Counted from the whole stretch's first letter, positions 1-12,227 are shown. The stretch is DNA of 62,997 bases, filler included, from Hyphochytrium catenoides (GCA_900088475.1; 11 parts of 11 records of this genome joined end to end with filler, not necessarily neighbours in it), one strand, 5' to 3'. Program-made: numbers and translations. The notes: a model not told the origin generated them from the sequence alone.

Positions 1-138
1 TGAGGTATCATCATTGTTGGCGGCGGCCCCACTAGCACTTCCGCCCCAGAGGTGGCGATAACAGTAGTTCTACTGAATAGACCCAGAGAATTACCTGACT
101 CTAATAAGTAGTTCTATATGATTAGTTAGAGCTACAAT

Positions 139-1099
139 GGGTGGTATCGAATAGCCTGAGCCACCAAATTACCAGATTACCAGAACTTCAGAATGGCACT
201 AGACTCCTAGACTTGGCTGGTCAGAGCTATCAAATAGCTGGTCTAGTTCCTAAACCTTCAGAGTAAAAGCCAAAATAGTAGTACGGTGCTTTGACATACC
301 TAAAACATGTGAGTTCATATTATTACTCCTGCGGTCAATCTTAAGTGATAGCTTGGGAGTACAGTGAATGAACAGGAAGAAGTTGTATGCTCTTCTTCTT
401 GGTGCCAACGCAATAAAAATCTTCAGATACAGTCGTCTTCAGTCTTCAGAATGGATGCAAAAGTCAGCGAAGGTGTGAACGCATCATCTGTGTCGTAGTA
501 GCAGCTATTTGCTCGCAAACAAAAGTACTGCTTGACTCGATTATGCTATCATCGGCAGTGCGAATGCATGAGGTAGAACTATGAGAACAAGACGATTCTC
601 CTTCTCCTCTTTCTGGTGGGGAGATCCAGGGCGGCGATGGCAGATATGAGAAATACGATCTGTCTCTATATCTCTATTCAAACTCTTTAGCTTGAAGCTC
701 GGCAGTGATCCGAGTAGGATGTTGTCATCGTTGTTCATGTTGTCATCGCTGTTCGTCAACGTTGTACTAGGAGAAAAGTTTGGTAGAATCTAGGAGATCA
801 GGGTCTATTTCCGATAAATGGTAGGGGTATCGATAACAAGCACGAAAATCTGAAAGTGCTCTGCCTTCCGAATCCGGAGTGTTTGGACCAGACATGGAAT
901 AACGACCACTAACCTGGTGCCGATCCCTGAGAAAATATGTAAGCGTGCTGAACCCTAATGGTGATTTGAAAAGGGGGTGCCGCCCCCTTTTCAGATTTGA
1001 GAGTCTCCTAGATCGATTGACCAATCCGAGCCTCGGAAAGTTGCAGAAACTTTCCCTAGAATTTGGTAATCTGGTGGTTTAGGCTATTCGATACCACCC
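139..1099. mobile_element. Non-autonomous TIR DNA transposon (PIF/Harbinger-group-like), 961 bp, ~40-bp TIRs, 3-bp AAT TSD
   Basis: Left end GGGTGGTATCGAATAGCCTGAGCCACCAAATTACCAGATT (from 139) matches the reverse complement of 1060-1099 (first 19 bp perfect, 4 mismatches in 40). AAT flanks both ends (136-138, 1100-1102). No intact transposase inside. Confidence 0.8.
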
Positions 1100-1544
1100 A
1101 ATGGCAAGTGTCCTTTACCCCTGGAGCGAAATCTTACCTATTCCCCGGGCTCTTTCGCTTTCTGTCGAACCTGGACACCTTTCCCCTTCCTAGCGAGCCC
1201 TCTTCGTCCTGTCCTCGATCTGTCTGTCTGCAGCTGCCTGTGATGTCTGCCTGTTGGTCTGCCTGTGATCCATAGCTGCCAACGGAGGAAGAGTGGTGCA
1301 GTGCCTTCATCCATCTCGTCTTGTCTTGTTTTTATTATTAGTAGAAGTTATAAAACATGGGAGGAGAATTGCTCTAGAACTTGCATTAGAACCAGGCAAA
1401 CCAGCAACTACCACAGGTTCTGAAAGCGGTTCTGAACCTGTTGAGGAGACAAGAATGCTGCAGAGGCACGAGAGAAGCGAGCGATCCAAGGGCGGACGAC
1501 NNNNNNNNNNNNNNNNNNNNNNNNNNNNNNNNNNNNNNNNNNNN

Positions 1545-1556
1545 TTAATTAATTAA
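1545..1556. other. Artificial contig spacer TTAATTAATTAA in N runs (also at ~12128, 25722, 36274, 41148, 45255, 53819, 55238, 57361, 60181)
   Basis: The identical 12-mer with stops in all six frames is always embedded in N padding; genes are cut abruptly at these points. Confidence 0.97.
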
Positions 1557-2004
1557 NNNNNNNNNNNNNNNNNNNNNNNNNNNNNNNNNNNNNNNNNNNN
1601 AAATGGCCATTTTATTGAGAGAAAGAAGTTAAGGATAGAAGTCTGGAACGATGGAGAAGCCAAGACACGACAGAAGAAGATAGTGCACTCCATTGCTGGC
1701 AAAAGTGAGACTACCGTCCTAAGTACCTACAGTTAGACAGAGGGACAGAGGAGAGAAAGAACGAGAGAGAGGGGAACAGAGAGAGAGAGGGAACAAAAAG
1801 ATTGACACGTGAGGGAAGGGTCGGGGAACAAGAAGAAGTGATGCCCGAAGAAAATCTATGATGCCAGCGATCGACTGAAGACAGACAGACTTCTGTAAGA
1901 AGAAGACGGCAGACAGAGAAGTGAAAGAAGAGAAGATTAGAAGGGAGGAAGAAGAGATAGAGAAGGTAAGGGTCATTTGTGCTCTACAACTATTTGTCTA
2001 CTAT

Positions 2005-2022
2005 GGGTTAGGGTTAGGGTTA
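2005..2022 (+). repeat. Short interstitial telomere-like tract (GGGTTA)3
   Basis: gggttagggttagggtta read directly; a degenerate version occurs at ~7609-7625. Confidence 0.5.
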
Positions 2023-3599
2023 AGAAGGAGAGGGACCTTACCCCCGCACACCTTTACCTCTCAGAGGATGCAGTAGGTTAACGTCTTTCCCTCCCTTTCA
2101 GATCTACTTCTAGCTGATCTATTCTCTACCTCTTCTGCCCTCCTACCTGGTGCCTCACTGTCGTTCTCCATTCGTCAAACATCATCACCCTAGTCTATCT
2201 CTCTTCTGAGCTCTTCCATGTGGCCGGTTGCACAAACGCACTAGGAGTTAGCCACCCTTGGCCGCTTCGTCCTGCATTGCCTTTCCTAGTTGTACTCAGG
2301 CGGTTTCTTTTCCACTCCTTCCTTGCGGGTCAAGAAGTCGCTTGGCGTTTATTGGCTGCGCTGTTACCGGAAGAGAGGATAGGAGAGAGAATGAGAGAGA
2401 GAGCAAGATGAGGGGATAGGGGAGAGAGACGGCAGAGAAAGAGGAGAAGGGGAGCGGGGAAAGAGAGACTGCTTAGGTACAAGATTTTTCCTTGGGAGAA
2501 TAACTCCTCCTCCTTCTCCGCAGTGGATTATTAGCGGCGTTGTCGACGAGAACAATCCAAGGGTACCCCTCGGGGAAGTTCAGAAGACGACGGCTTTCAT
2601 TCATCTGTAGAAGGCTGCTTTGAAAACTAAAGGAGTGAATGATGAAGAGTTTGTACACTGATGATGAGGTGACAAAAGGTTCTGTGCTTTATTTTGATCA
2701 ACAGAGGGAAATCCACTTCCCCTTAGGATATTTTTCCAAGAAAAAGGAGGGAAAGGAACTGGACATCTGTAGCGAGTTGTCCCCTATAAGAATATGACAG
2801 GCAATGCCGAAGCAGCATTGATATTATTCGTTTGCTGCAGAGAGCGCAACGCGAAAGAACAATCAAGAAGAGAATGAAAATGACGATGGACTCTCTCCCT
2901 TGCTCTCTCTTCCTTTCTGTTCGTTTGCTTTAAGAGAGAGACCGAACCACTCTCCCCTTCATTCTCTCGTCAACTTAATCCCAGTCTATTGACGCTTGGC
3001 ACGTTGACTTCTTCGGAGGGGAGGAGAAAGAAGTCGAAGCGAGAGAGAGAATGCAACTGTATACGGAAAAACAGACGAGGTAAAGGCCCTGTGTCTCCGT
3101 TGTTACCCAAGCAAGGCGCATAATACATGCTTCATGCGTCAGCTTCTGCTGCTTCTGCTCGCCACACTCTCTTTTCTCTCCCTGGCAGAGTGAAAGAAAT
3201 GAGGAATAATGAAAGAGGAGAGGAGGCCGACAAGCAGGAGGAGAGAGATGAGGAAGAGATGAGGAAGAGAGAAAGATAATGGAGGTGAAGGGATAGACAT
3301 ACTGAGAACTTACGGGAACATGGAGGCCGATAGACGGGAGACAGTGAAAGTTTGGTTGTACCACCATCATAATAGAGAGGAGGAGGTAGCCACAACAGAA
3401 ACTAATGCAGATTTTGGAAAATAAAGACAGATGATATCTTATTAATCGAGGAAAGCAAACGACCATATCACGTGTAAGAAGAGATTAGCAGGGCTATCTA
3501 AGTCGTCGCTTCAGTGTGCCGGCTCCCCTAGCCCCGACAGAGCTTCGCAGTTGAAAATATTATGTACAACGATAGCTTAGCGATAATATATCTAACAGA

Positions 3600-3717
3600 G
3601 CTCAGTTGAGAAAACCGCAATCTGTCGTGCAAGTGCTCTTTCCATAGCAGTGATGACTAACGAGAACATCTGTGTGCTACTCAGCCCAAAGACTCAACTC
3701 TGTTCTCTATATCAACA
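3600..3717 (+). mobile_element. Copia LTR relic (3' part) of the same family as the LTR at 8335-8635
   Basis: 3620-3717 is a near-identical reverse complement of 8335-8428 and ends in TCAACA. The left boundary is uncertain (possibly 3286, TGAAG preceded by GGAGG, which also follows 3717). Confidence 0.75.
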
Positions 3718-4598
3718 GGAGGAAGATAGGGAAGAGAAGGAGAAGAGACAACTTCTAAGTCCGTCATCAACAATATCACGCACTCTGCCAACCGGACAAC
3801 CAGCAGCAGGGATAGAAGAAGAAGATCCAACTGCTGATGATTGAGGAGAATATCGCTTCATCAGCATCCGAAGCGCATCCTCCCTCCTCTCATAGATTAT
3901 TAGCAAAATACGGGTGTGAAGAAGCAGCCGTCCGTAGAGGAGGAGCCATTGTTTTATGGTAGAGAAGACCCGTTCTTTCGTCGTGTCCACAAAACAGTTC
4001 GCAATGACGCTGTCAGCTATCCTGCTGCCTGGTGACCTGGCGGCGGACATAGTGAACGATGATGATGGCACTACCTACATCGTCCGTTCCGCCCGTAGCG
4101 TAGACGGCAAGCCAGCTTTGTTCAGCATATGTTAAGCTGTTTGTCCTTCTCACAGGAGATTTACTATTGCGAGTGGTTATCATCACTACGCAGTCTCTGT
4201 TAAGAACCTTTTTCTTCTGGGATTTCTATAGCAAGGAATATTCTTCTTCTTGATTCCTTGTCCTACTTTCTTTCTTATGATTTCGCTAGAGATTTGTTCC
4301 TTCCTCTTAAACATTTTTCTCTTTCCGACTTCACTTCTTCCCTTCCGTCTGGCCACCAATTTATTGCCGATTCTCTTGTCTGAGACGATGAATCCCTTAG
4401 TGACNNNNNNNNNNNNNNNNNNNNNNNNNNNNNNNNNNNNNNNNNNNNNNNNNNNNNNNNNNNNNNNNCTCATAATCTTCATTAATCTCATTCTGCTATT
4501 TGCACTACAACGAAGAAGAGCTTCCAACCAACTCTGCCATCTCATCAGTCTCTCTTTTTTGTGATGGGCTGCTTGCTCTTTCTTGTCTTCTGCTGTAC

Positions 4599-6131
4599 TT
4601 ATGGAGACCTCTTCCACCCAAATTGGGCGTTGAGGTTCACAAGATCCGTCACAACGGTGCTGCTCGCCAGATCGTCAACAGCAACGATGTTTCCCAAGCC
4701 TAGATTTGCAGGACGTGATCCCGGCGATCGCTGAGCCTGTGCTTTTGCTAGTGCCACAAATTCTTTCCACCGACGATCTCTGTTGGCCATCCCACCCCAT
4801 TGCAGAAGAGACTTTTTTCCGCCTGGGGTTAACATATCAGGAACGACGCATGAAATTTCTGCCAAAGTCAGCGTCCATGAGATTTTGAGAAGAGGTATGA
4901 CTGGTGAATTTAAATCCCTTGTTTTGGACACATACGATAAACCCAAATTATACGCGAACATAGACGGCATATCACAAGTGTTCGCGTACGTGTTCTCGAG
5001 AAGGGTAGAGTATGTCCAGAGTTTCCCTCCTCCTGGCATCTCACTCACAAGCCAGTCATCTTCCATCGTCACGAAAGCTCTCTGATTTTTCTGGACCAGC
5101 TCCTTGATAGTCGGTGTATCCTTAAGAATTCTTCCAGTCGGTGGGATTGGAACCAACATCTCCCCAAATATCTGAATGACCATATCGCGTAGCATGCGCT
5201 TCTTCTCCCCGTGCCCAGGATTACCTCGGAAATGAGTAATTTCAAGAACAACAATCTCTCTCGGATGGTTTCTTAAGAAGAACAGAATCTGCATCAGAAT
5301 TTGTCTAATTTTCAGGCCGAACAGGCCATGAAAGGTTCGCCAGGTCTTTGTCCTATCATCCCAAGCCGCTCGAATATCAAGCGATCTCGCGCCCAGCCAC
5401 AGCTGTTTGTAAATAGACATACTTTGGGTCTCTGACATCCTTGCAAGGAAGCGATATAATGCATCGTTGGAGGGAACGTTGGCAATGTCGATCAGCTTCT
5501 GGAGAACTTCGGAAAGCTCTTCAGGTACTGTACCAGCGCCCTTGTCCGAGTCTACTGCCAAGTTGTAAGCACCACTATTGTGTGTGCCTGGAAGTAGAAT
5601 TTCAGTGATTTTGTTGTTCCCTATCAATGGTAGCAGATCTCCCATCCATGAGTGACTTTCCCATTGTACTGAGGCCTTGTTCCTACTTCCAAGGCGACGC
5701 CGTAGGCTAGTCTGCTTCTGGTTAAAGGAGGAAAATGCGTCCTTGACCGTATGAGGGAGAGAGAGATAATGCTGCTCTGTCTCTAGAGTGTTCACCTCGT
5801 TCGTTTTGGGGTTTCTTTCTTCATCTTTTTGTCGGAAGAATTCGGTCTCCTTGGAAGAGAGAGAAGCACCACTGCGAAAGGTGGAGGTGAAAGGGAACAA
5901 GTCATCATCTACCCAGCTACCATCCACACCTTTTCCTTCTTGATTTAGCTTTGATGAAGAAGGAGTTGAAGAGAGCAATGCTGCGGCAGGTGGAGAGGAA
6001 GAAAAAGGAGGAGCACGGAGTAGAGCAGAAGCTTGTACACCTCCTTTCTGCTCCTGAATGAAGGGAATCGGTGCAATTACTAGCAAGACAAAGAAGGAAG
6101 TAGAAGAGATGCACGGGCTGATGAGCCTCAT
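4599..6131 (-). CDS. Secreted PI-PLC X-domain-containing protein (PLCXD/bacterial PI-PLC-like), intronless, ~510 aa
   Basis: Long ORF with hydrophobic N-terminal signal (FFVLLVIAPIPF); motifs WMGDL..LLPGTHNSGAY, ETQSMSIYKQLWLGARSLDIR, TFHG and FLRNHPREIVVL typical of the PI-PLC X box. ATG at 6131. Confidence 0.88.
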   Translation of the reverse strand: MRLISPCISSTSFFVLLVIAPIPFIQEQKGGVQASALLRAPPFSSSPPAAALLSSTPSSSKLNQEGKGVDGSWVDDDLFPFTSTFRSGASLSSKETEFFRQKDEERNPKTNEVNTLETEQHYLSLPHTVKDAFSSFNQKQTSLRRRLGSRNKASVQWESHSWMGDLLPLIGNNKITEILLPGTHNSGAYNLAVDSDKGAGTVPEELSEVLQKLIDIANVPSNDALYRFLARMSETQSMSIYKQLWLGARSLDIRAAWDDRTKTWRTFHGLFGLKIRQILMQILFFLRNHPREIVVLEITHFRGNPGHGEKKRMLRDMVIQIFGEMLVPIPPTGRILKDTPTIKELVQKNQRAFVTMEDDWLVSEMPGGGKLWTYSTLLENTYANTCDMPSMFAYNLGLSYVSKTRDLNSPVIPLLKISWTLTLAEISCVVPDMLTPGGKKSLLQWGGMANRDRRWKEFVALAKAQAQRSPGSRPANLGLGNIVAVDDLASSTVVTDLVNLNAQFGWKRSP

Positions 6132-8334
6132 GGTAGGCGGCAAGAAAGCAGAGACTCGTTCTGCAAGGTCGGTCTGCCACTGGAGAGAGAGAGAAAGAGA
6201 GAAGAGAGAGAGAGGAATGAAGAGAGAGCAGAGAAGGAGCGGCTAATAAGCCTTAAGAGTTGTTTGTCTTAGCACTGGGCAACCTGAACTCCACGATGAT
6301 ATTAGGGGAGTGAGTCGTTCACGTTATGAGGCTCTACTCTACCTGGAGTCGATGAATGAATCGTTGTGAAGAGCGGGCAGGCAGCTTCTATATCCTGCCA
6401 CTACGGGTCGTCGAAATGCTAACTAATACTCTTCTTGGAAGGGCAAGGCCTTCTTGCTGAGGTTACAATCTTGCCGCGTCCTTGTACGGCTTCAAGAGGA
6501 GGCTGGCTATCACCCCTATCATCTTTGCCTACCACCCCTATCATCTTTTCCGCAACCTTCTACTTGTACAATTACCATCTGTGAACTAAACTTGATCACT
6601 GGCCTGAGACGTCACACTCCTTCTCACTGGCCGAAGCTGGCTTTGTGTCTTACCTCCTCCCCACCCACTTCTGTTTCGCCCCTGCGGATTACAAAGGGAC
6701 ACCGCCAATAATAAGGACAACCGAGAAAGGTACGTAACGATGTTGCTTGCTTTACTTCGTACTCCGACTTCAAACTCGCTTCATTTCAGTGGTCCTTTAC
6801 TACTTACTACCTGGTTCCAACAAGGTGTCAGTCAGGTTGCCTTTCCACAAGAGGTGATGAAATTGTACGGCGCAGCGATGATAGACTAAGAAAAAGCAAA
6901 TCTTTTGTTTGACCATAATAAAAAGAGAGAGTTTTGTTCAAATGCACTGGCAAAGCGCCAAATGGCGCTCCTCCTCCACACCCGGAAAAATAAATGCAAA
7001 CCGCACTGAGAATGCGTGTTGAGCGGGGAAACCAGGGAGTCAAAGAGGAAGAGAAAGGTAGAAGACAGGACGGCACCCTCATTTATACGGATCGTGTTCA
7101 GGATGCCATGCGTCCTCGTGAACCGCTATGAGTTCAATCACTTCTAGTCCAAGCTAAAGTCTATCAGCCGAGCTGATCCCTATCCAAAGCCTCCCATCTG
7201 TAGAACTTTTTATAAGTTATGGAAGATAGGGACAACATCGGTCATCTCTCCCTTTGCACGATGAGAAGGACGAGAAAATAGGCCATAGTTCTACAGTTCG
7301 AGGGTTTGCGCTTTTATTTGCCGCACACGAGCCTATGGTTCAAGTTTTTCAATACTACTTTTCGAAGAAAAAACCTTGTAAGCGAACTTATACAGAACTG
7401 CCACGTATGGTACTGCTAGACAACTCTATAAAATTACTACCCCTAAAAGGCCACAAACTAGCATGAACAAAGGCAGGCAACCCGTTTAGTTTGTCGTAAG
7501 TTGTTCTATTATTCTTCCGTCGAACATCAGCTGTCTGTAGTGTAGTGAAGAAAGGTATTATCTTAAGGTTAACGCTCTCCAGTAACTTAGCACTAATTAG
7601 TGTCCACCAGGGTTAGGTTTAGGGCAAGGCAGGGGGCCATATATGTAGGACGTCATACCAATTCCCCACAATGTGCAGCGTAATGTAAAAATGTACTGTA
7701 CGGGGTCAGAAATAAGGCCTCTTTTGATGTCGACTCTGTTCCAAATCCAAAGCGACCATTTTTATAAAGGTTTATTACAAATACAGACTGCTACTTGCCT
7801 GCAAAACAGTTTTCTACAATAGAGTACAGTACACACTAGAAAAAATACCCGGACGTAGTAGCTCTACAAATACAGACACTAGTAGTAGCTCTACAAATAG
7901 AACTGTTTTATAAGCAGAGGAAAGGTACAGGTTTCTCTCTTCAGTGAGGAACGGCTAGGAGTCTTCTCTAATAATAAGTGATCCGAAGAAGTAGTGGATG
8001 AGAAGTGCTCCATAAAAATTACGCTCTCTGGAACTCCTTGCTGCGTGGTACTGTACCTCTGTCTACCTCATCGTGTCGCCCACAGGGCTAATAAGTACGG
8101 TTCTACTGAGGCACAATGGCGGAGTGGCACTTCCTTCACTTTGGAAGTCTTAGGTTCCATGGACTAAGTGCGCTAAATATGTCCTCCGTTCCGTCATTAT
8201 TTATACTGCCGCCAGGCCGATCAACCCAGCATTCATCCTGCTGCTCTTCGTTTATAGACAATGAATGACATGATCCTTTGGCAGGTCCATGGTCTTCTTG
8301 GAGGCCAGTGGCAGCTATCAGCAGAGTCAGGTAG

Positions 8335-11300
8335 TGTTGATATAGAGAACAGAGTTGAGTCTTGGGCTGAGTAGCACAGAGATGTTCTCGTTAGTCACTG
8401 CTATGGAAAGAGCACTTGCACGATAGATTNNNNNNNNNNNNNNNNNNNNNNNNNNNNNNNNNNNNNNNNNNNNNNNNNNNNNNNNCGTGTAGTCACAACT
8501 GCATGGGCGGGTAGAGTACATCTTGACCTCTCTTGACTATGACAACCCAGGTTGGATAGGCAGCGTCTTCGTCCCTCGTCCGTTACAAGGAGTTGACCCA
8601 TCCCCTAACCTCTGCAGGCGTATAAGTAACCTACAAACCCCTCCTCGCTCTCAGAGGTTCCCAAGCGGAGAGGAGCACAGTGCCGACGAATGACCGTCCG
8701 GGATACTGCCTTCGTCAGGAAGTCAGCGACCATCTCTTCCGTTCGGCAATAGACCAGCTGCACCAATCCAGCCTGAACGCATTGGCGGACAAAGTGATAC
8801 CTTACGTCAAGATGCTTGGTCCGCCTCTTGTGGCTCTCCTCCTTAGCAAGAGAAATAGCTCCTTGGTTATCCTCGTGAAGGATTAGAGGAGTGTCCTGAC
8901 CAACTCCAAGAGCTTTTGCAATTTTCTTCAACCAAAGAAGTTCCCGTGTAGCCTCACTGGCCCCAATGAACTCTGCTTCCGTACTGGATAGAGCCACAGA
9001 CTTCTGCCTTTTAGAAGCCCACATCACAGCATTACCCGCTAGTAAGAAGACAAAGCCATACGCGGACTGCCTTCCGTCTAGATCTCCTCGCCAGTCAGAG
9101 TCTGAGTAGCCATAGAGAGCTTCAGGACCAGACCCAGTGAAGGTTAAACAGTAGTCCTGTGTACCCTTCAGATACCGCAGTATCCATTTAACACCTTTCC
9201 AATGAGCCATGCCAGGATTGTCCATGTACCGGCTGACCATGCTTACAGCGTAGGCAAGATCAGGTCTTGTGGTCACCATCAAGTACATTAAAGAGCCAAC
9301 CACCGCTCGATAGGGATAACGTTCCATCTCCTCTTTTTCCGCTGCGGTCTTAGGACTTTGCCCTTCAGAGAGTGGATCCCCTGGATTCATGGGCGTGTAG
9401 ACAGGTTTACACTCCATCATCCCAAATCGCTCTAGAATATCTCCTGCGTACTTGCGTTGAGAGAGAAAGAGCCGCCGTGTAGCTCAACACCTCTTTACTT
9501 CGATCCCAAGAAAGTACCTCAGTTGAGACAGTCTCAGTATTAGCCAAGACTGCGCCATGGATCGAATCTGCAGACTGATGATTTCTGAAGCCACGATAAA
9601 CTTCAGATATCGGCCGACAGATACCGATAACGAATCCGCAAAGAGAACTAATCTGAGCTGCTGGCAGCGCAACAGTCAGAAGAGCCTCAGTTCAGCTTTA
9701 AGGCAGTAAGTCTAATCGAGCGGCCTTCTAACAGGAAATAGCGTGTTTAGAGTTATCGAGATAGAACCAAATCCTGACTGACTGTCACTGCTTTCTTGTT
9801 CCTACAACCTACTGCTCCTATCAGCTATCCTAGCTTGTCTTCTCTCTCTCTCTCTGTGCTTTCTCTATTCTCCTCGTCTCTTGCTGCTATGGCCTACATC
9901 CCTACATCTTCGTGTACCCTATTCTACTGCTTAACACACATAATCCCTACTGTTCTCCACACCCGAAGATCTCTCCCTTCTGACCTTCACTCCTAGGTTT
10001 CCTTGCTGACCTCTCCTGCTCCTTCCTTACCTTCTGACAGCTCCCAGTCCCTGGCCTGTTCTGCTCTTCTGATGACGCACTGTGAAGCTCCAGCCATCTC
10101 CAATTAGCATGAGCGAATCCCAGAATCTTCTCATCTAAATTGCAAATCGGCCAGTCAGAAGCTTCACAAGGTCCAACAACTTATGGTTCCACTGCCGTGG
10201 AGCCTGCTTAAGTCCATATAAGCTCTTCTTGAGCTTGCAGACCTTTCCCTTCATTCCAGACCTCACCGCGCAGCCTTCAGGTATCTGCATATAAATCTCC
10301 TCATGGAGATCTCCATAGAGAAATGCCGTCGTGATGTCCATTTGATGAATCTCCAGATCTCTTGTCACCGCTACAGAGAGAAGGCACCGGACCGTGGCAT
10401 AATTCACTACTGGCGAAAAGGTCTCCGTGTAATCGACCCCAGCTTTCTGTGAGAAGCCCTTCGCCACTAGTCTGGCTTTGTACCTCTCCACCGAGCCGTC
10501 AGTTTTAAGCTTCCTCTTATAGACCCATTTGCATCCAATGGCTTTCCTTCCAGGAGGAAGGTCCACAAGATCCCAGGTGCTATTCTTCCTTAACAAAGCT
10601 AGTTCTGGCCTCCATGGCTAGCTTCCATTTATCAGCCTCTGGTGAGGCAAGAGCCTCAGGGTACGTCCCTGGCTCATCCAGAGAAGAGGGCGTTGAGGCC
10701 TGAGCGACGAAAGCGACGTAGGGGCCATGGTCTACCTGCTTCCTAGCTCTACCAGAGCGACGCAGTTCTTGAGGCCCTCTTCCTCTTCAGAGTCTAGAAA
10801 ATCCTCAGCCGCTGGTGCTCCTTGTCCTTCCAGAAGCTCCTCTTGAGGCTCCTCTACCACCTGTTCCTGCTCCGCTTCAGGAATGTCACCGTGGTCAGCT
10901 TTCGGAGAATCAAGCAGGACAGGTTCCTCATCTCCAGCTGATAACTCATCCTCAAAAGCCTCCTCGCTATCGTCCTCGCTCATCCCCTCCTTGCCTTTAA
11001 AGGGGAAGACATCCTCTTTAAAGACAACATTTTTAGCGACGATGATGCTGTTCGTCCCCAGATCTAGAAGCCGATAGCCCTTCTGCCTTGATGAATATCC
11101 AAGCATGACACAGCGCTTGCTCTTGTCATCGAGCTTCTTGCGCTTTGACTCTGGTACCTTAGCGAAGGCGGCAAGACAGCCGAAGACCCGTAGATGAGAG
11201 AGAGAAGGCCGGTGGCCTGACCACGCCTCCATAGGTACCATCCCTTCTAGACCAGCTGGCTTCAGGCGATTTGTGAGGTAAATCGCACAGTTTAGAGCTT

Positions 11301-12083
11301 CCGCCCGAACTTCTTTGGAAGACCAGAGGTCTTCAACATGGCTCTGATCATGCCAACAATAGTCCGATTATAGCGCTCTGCAATCCCGTTCTGGTGCGGA
11401 GTCTCTGGAACTATTGTCTCGTGAGTAACCCCTTGTTCTTAGAGCCATGTCTCCAGTTCGTTGGAGGTGTACTCTCCTCCATCAGTCCTTAAAGTTTTCA
11501 GCCGCTTCCTTTGTTCGTTCTCTGTTAAGGTGACAAAGCCCTTTATATTTTGCTCGCTTCGTCCTTGGCTTTCCGGGAAAAGCCCCACACTCTCCTGATT
11601 CTAACGTCGATCAGCGTACTGAAATACCTACTCCCTTGTACCGGCCGGACTTGGATGGGACCGCAGGTATCCCCAACGACAAGGTCTAAAGTTTCCTTCA
11701 CTGAGGTCCGACTGCTAGAGATAGGCTCCCTTGTCATCTTGGTAAGGATACAATCCTCACACTTGTCCATTTCTGCTGGGTTCCCATTCAGAGACATCCC
11801 ATGAACCACTTTTGCGGTGGCAGCCATCATGGAAGGGTTGGCATGTCCCAGCCGTCGATGCCACAGTAAGCAGTTTTCTCCTCTCTTCTGTGTAAGGAAG
11901 GTCGTCTTTCCATTCTTGCTTTGCCTCACAGACACTAGCATTGAGGAATAGAGACCGTTCTTCCTCTGGCCTTCTCCGATCCTCACTCCTGTCGCTAAAT
12001 GTTCGAGAGTACAAGCCTTCCCCTCAAACGAGGTTTTAACTCCCCGCTCGGACGCTTGCTGCACGGAGAACAGACTGTTGTGC
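8335..12083 (-). mobile_element. Ty1/copia LTR retrotransposon, degenerate, 5'-truncated by contig end
   Basis: GAG-pre-integrase LWHRRLGH (11543-12064), integrase core with stops/frameshifts, SH3-like HLRVFGC..KLDDKS (10732-11241), RT TWDLVDLP..KARLVAKGF..LKKSLYGLKQAPRQW (10135-10596), RT-RNaseH YSDSDW..SSTEAEF..DNQGAI..KHLDVRYH (8605-9420); PPT at 8638-8650; 3' LTR TGTAGG..TCAACA at 8635-8335 spanning an N gap. Confidence 0.95.
9521..10178 (-). mobile_element. Solo LTR-like repeat (family B, ~660 bp) inside the copia RT
   Basis: Starts TGTTGG on the minus strand at 10178, right after RT ...WNHK; ends ..TCTCAAC at ~9522 where RT resumes (LRYFLGIEV). A second copy lies at 34136-34625. Confidence 0.8.
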
Positions 12084-12227
12084 NNNNNNNNNNNNNNNNN
12101 NNNNNNNNNNNNNNNNNNNNNNNNNNNTTAATTAATTAANNNNNNNNNNNNNNNNNNNNNNNNNNNNNNNNNNNNNNNNNNNNGAGTGACTACTGTACTA
12201 CTGACAACGAACATAGTAGCACTCAAC

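Noticed and set aside
964-1012. Hairpin followed by CTAG as a Helitron 3' end or bacterial terminator
   Set aside because: CTAG is followed by A rather than T, the context is eukaryotic, and the hairpin lies inside the TIR element.
1501-1600. Recurrent TTAATTAATTAA palindrome as a biological motif
   Set aside because: Always padded by Ns and has stops in six frames: an assembly concatenation linker. Gene neighbourhoods across it were not interpreted.
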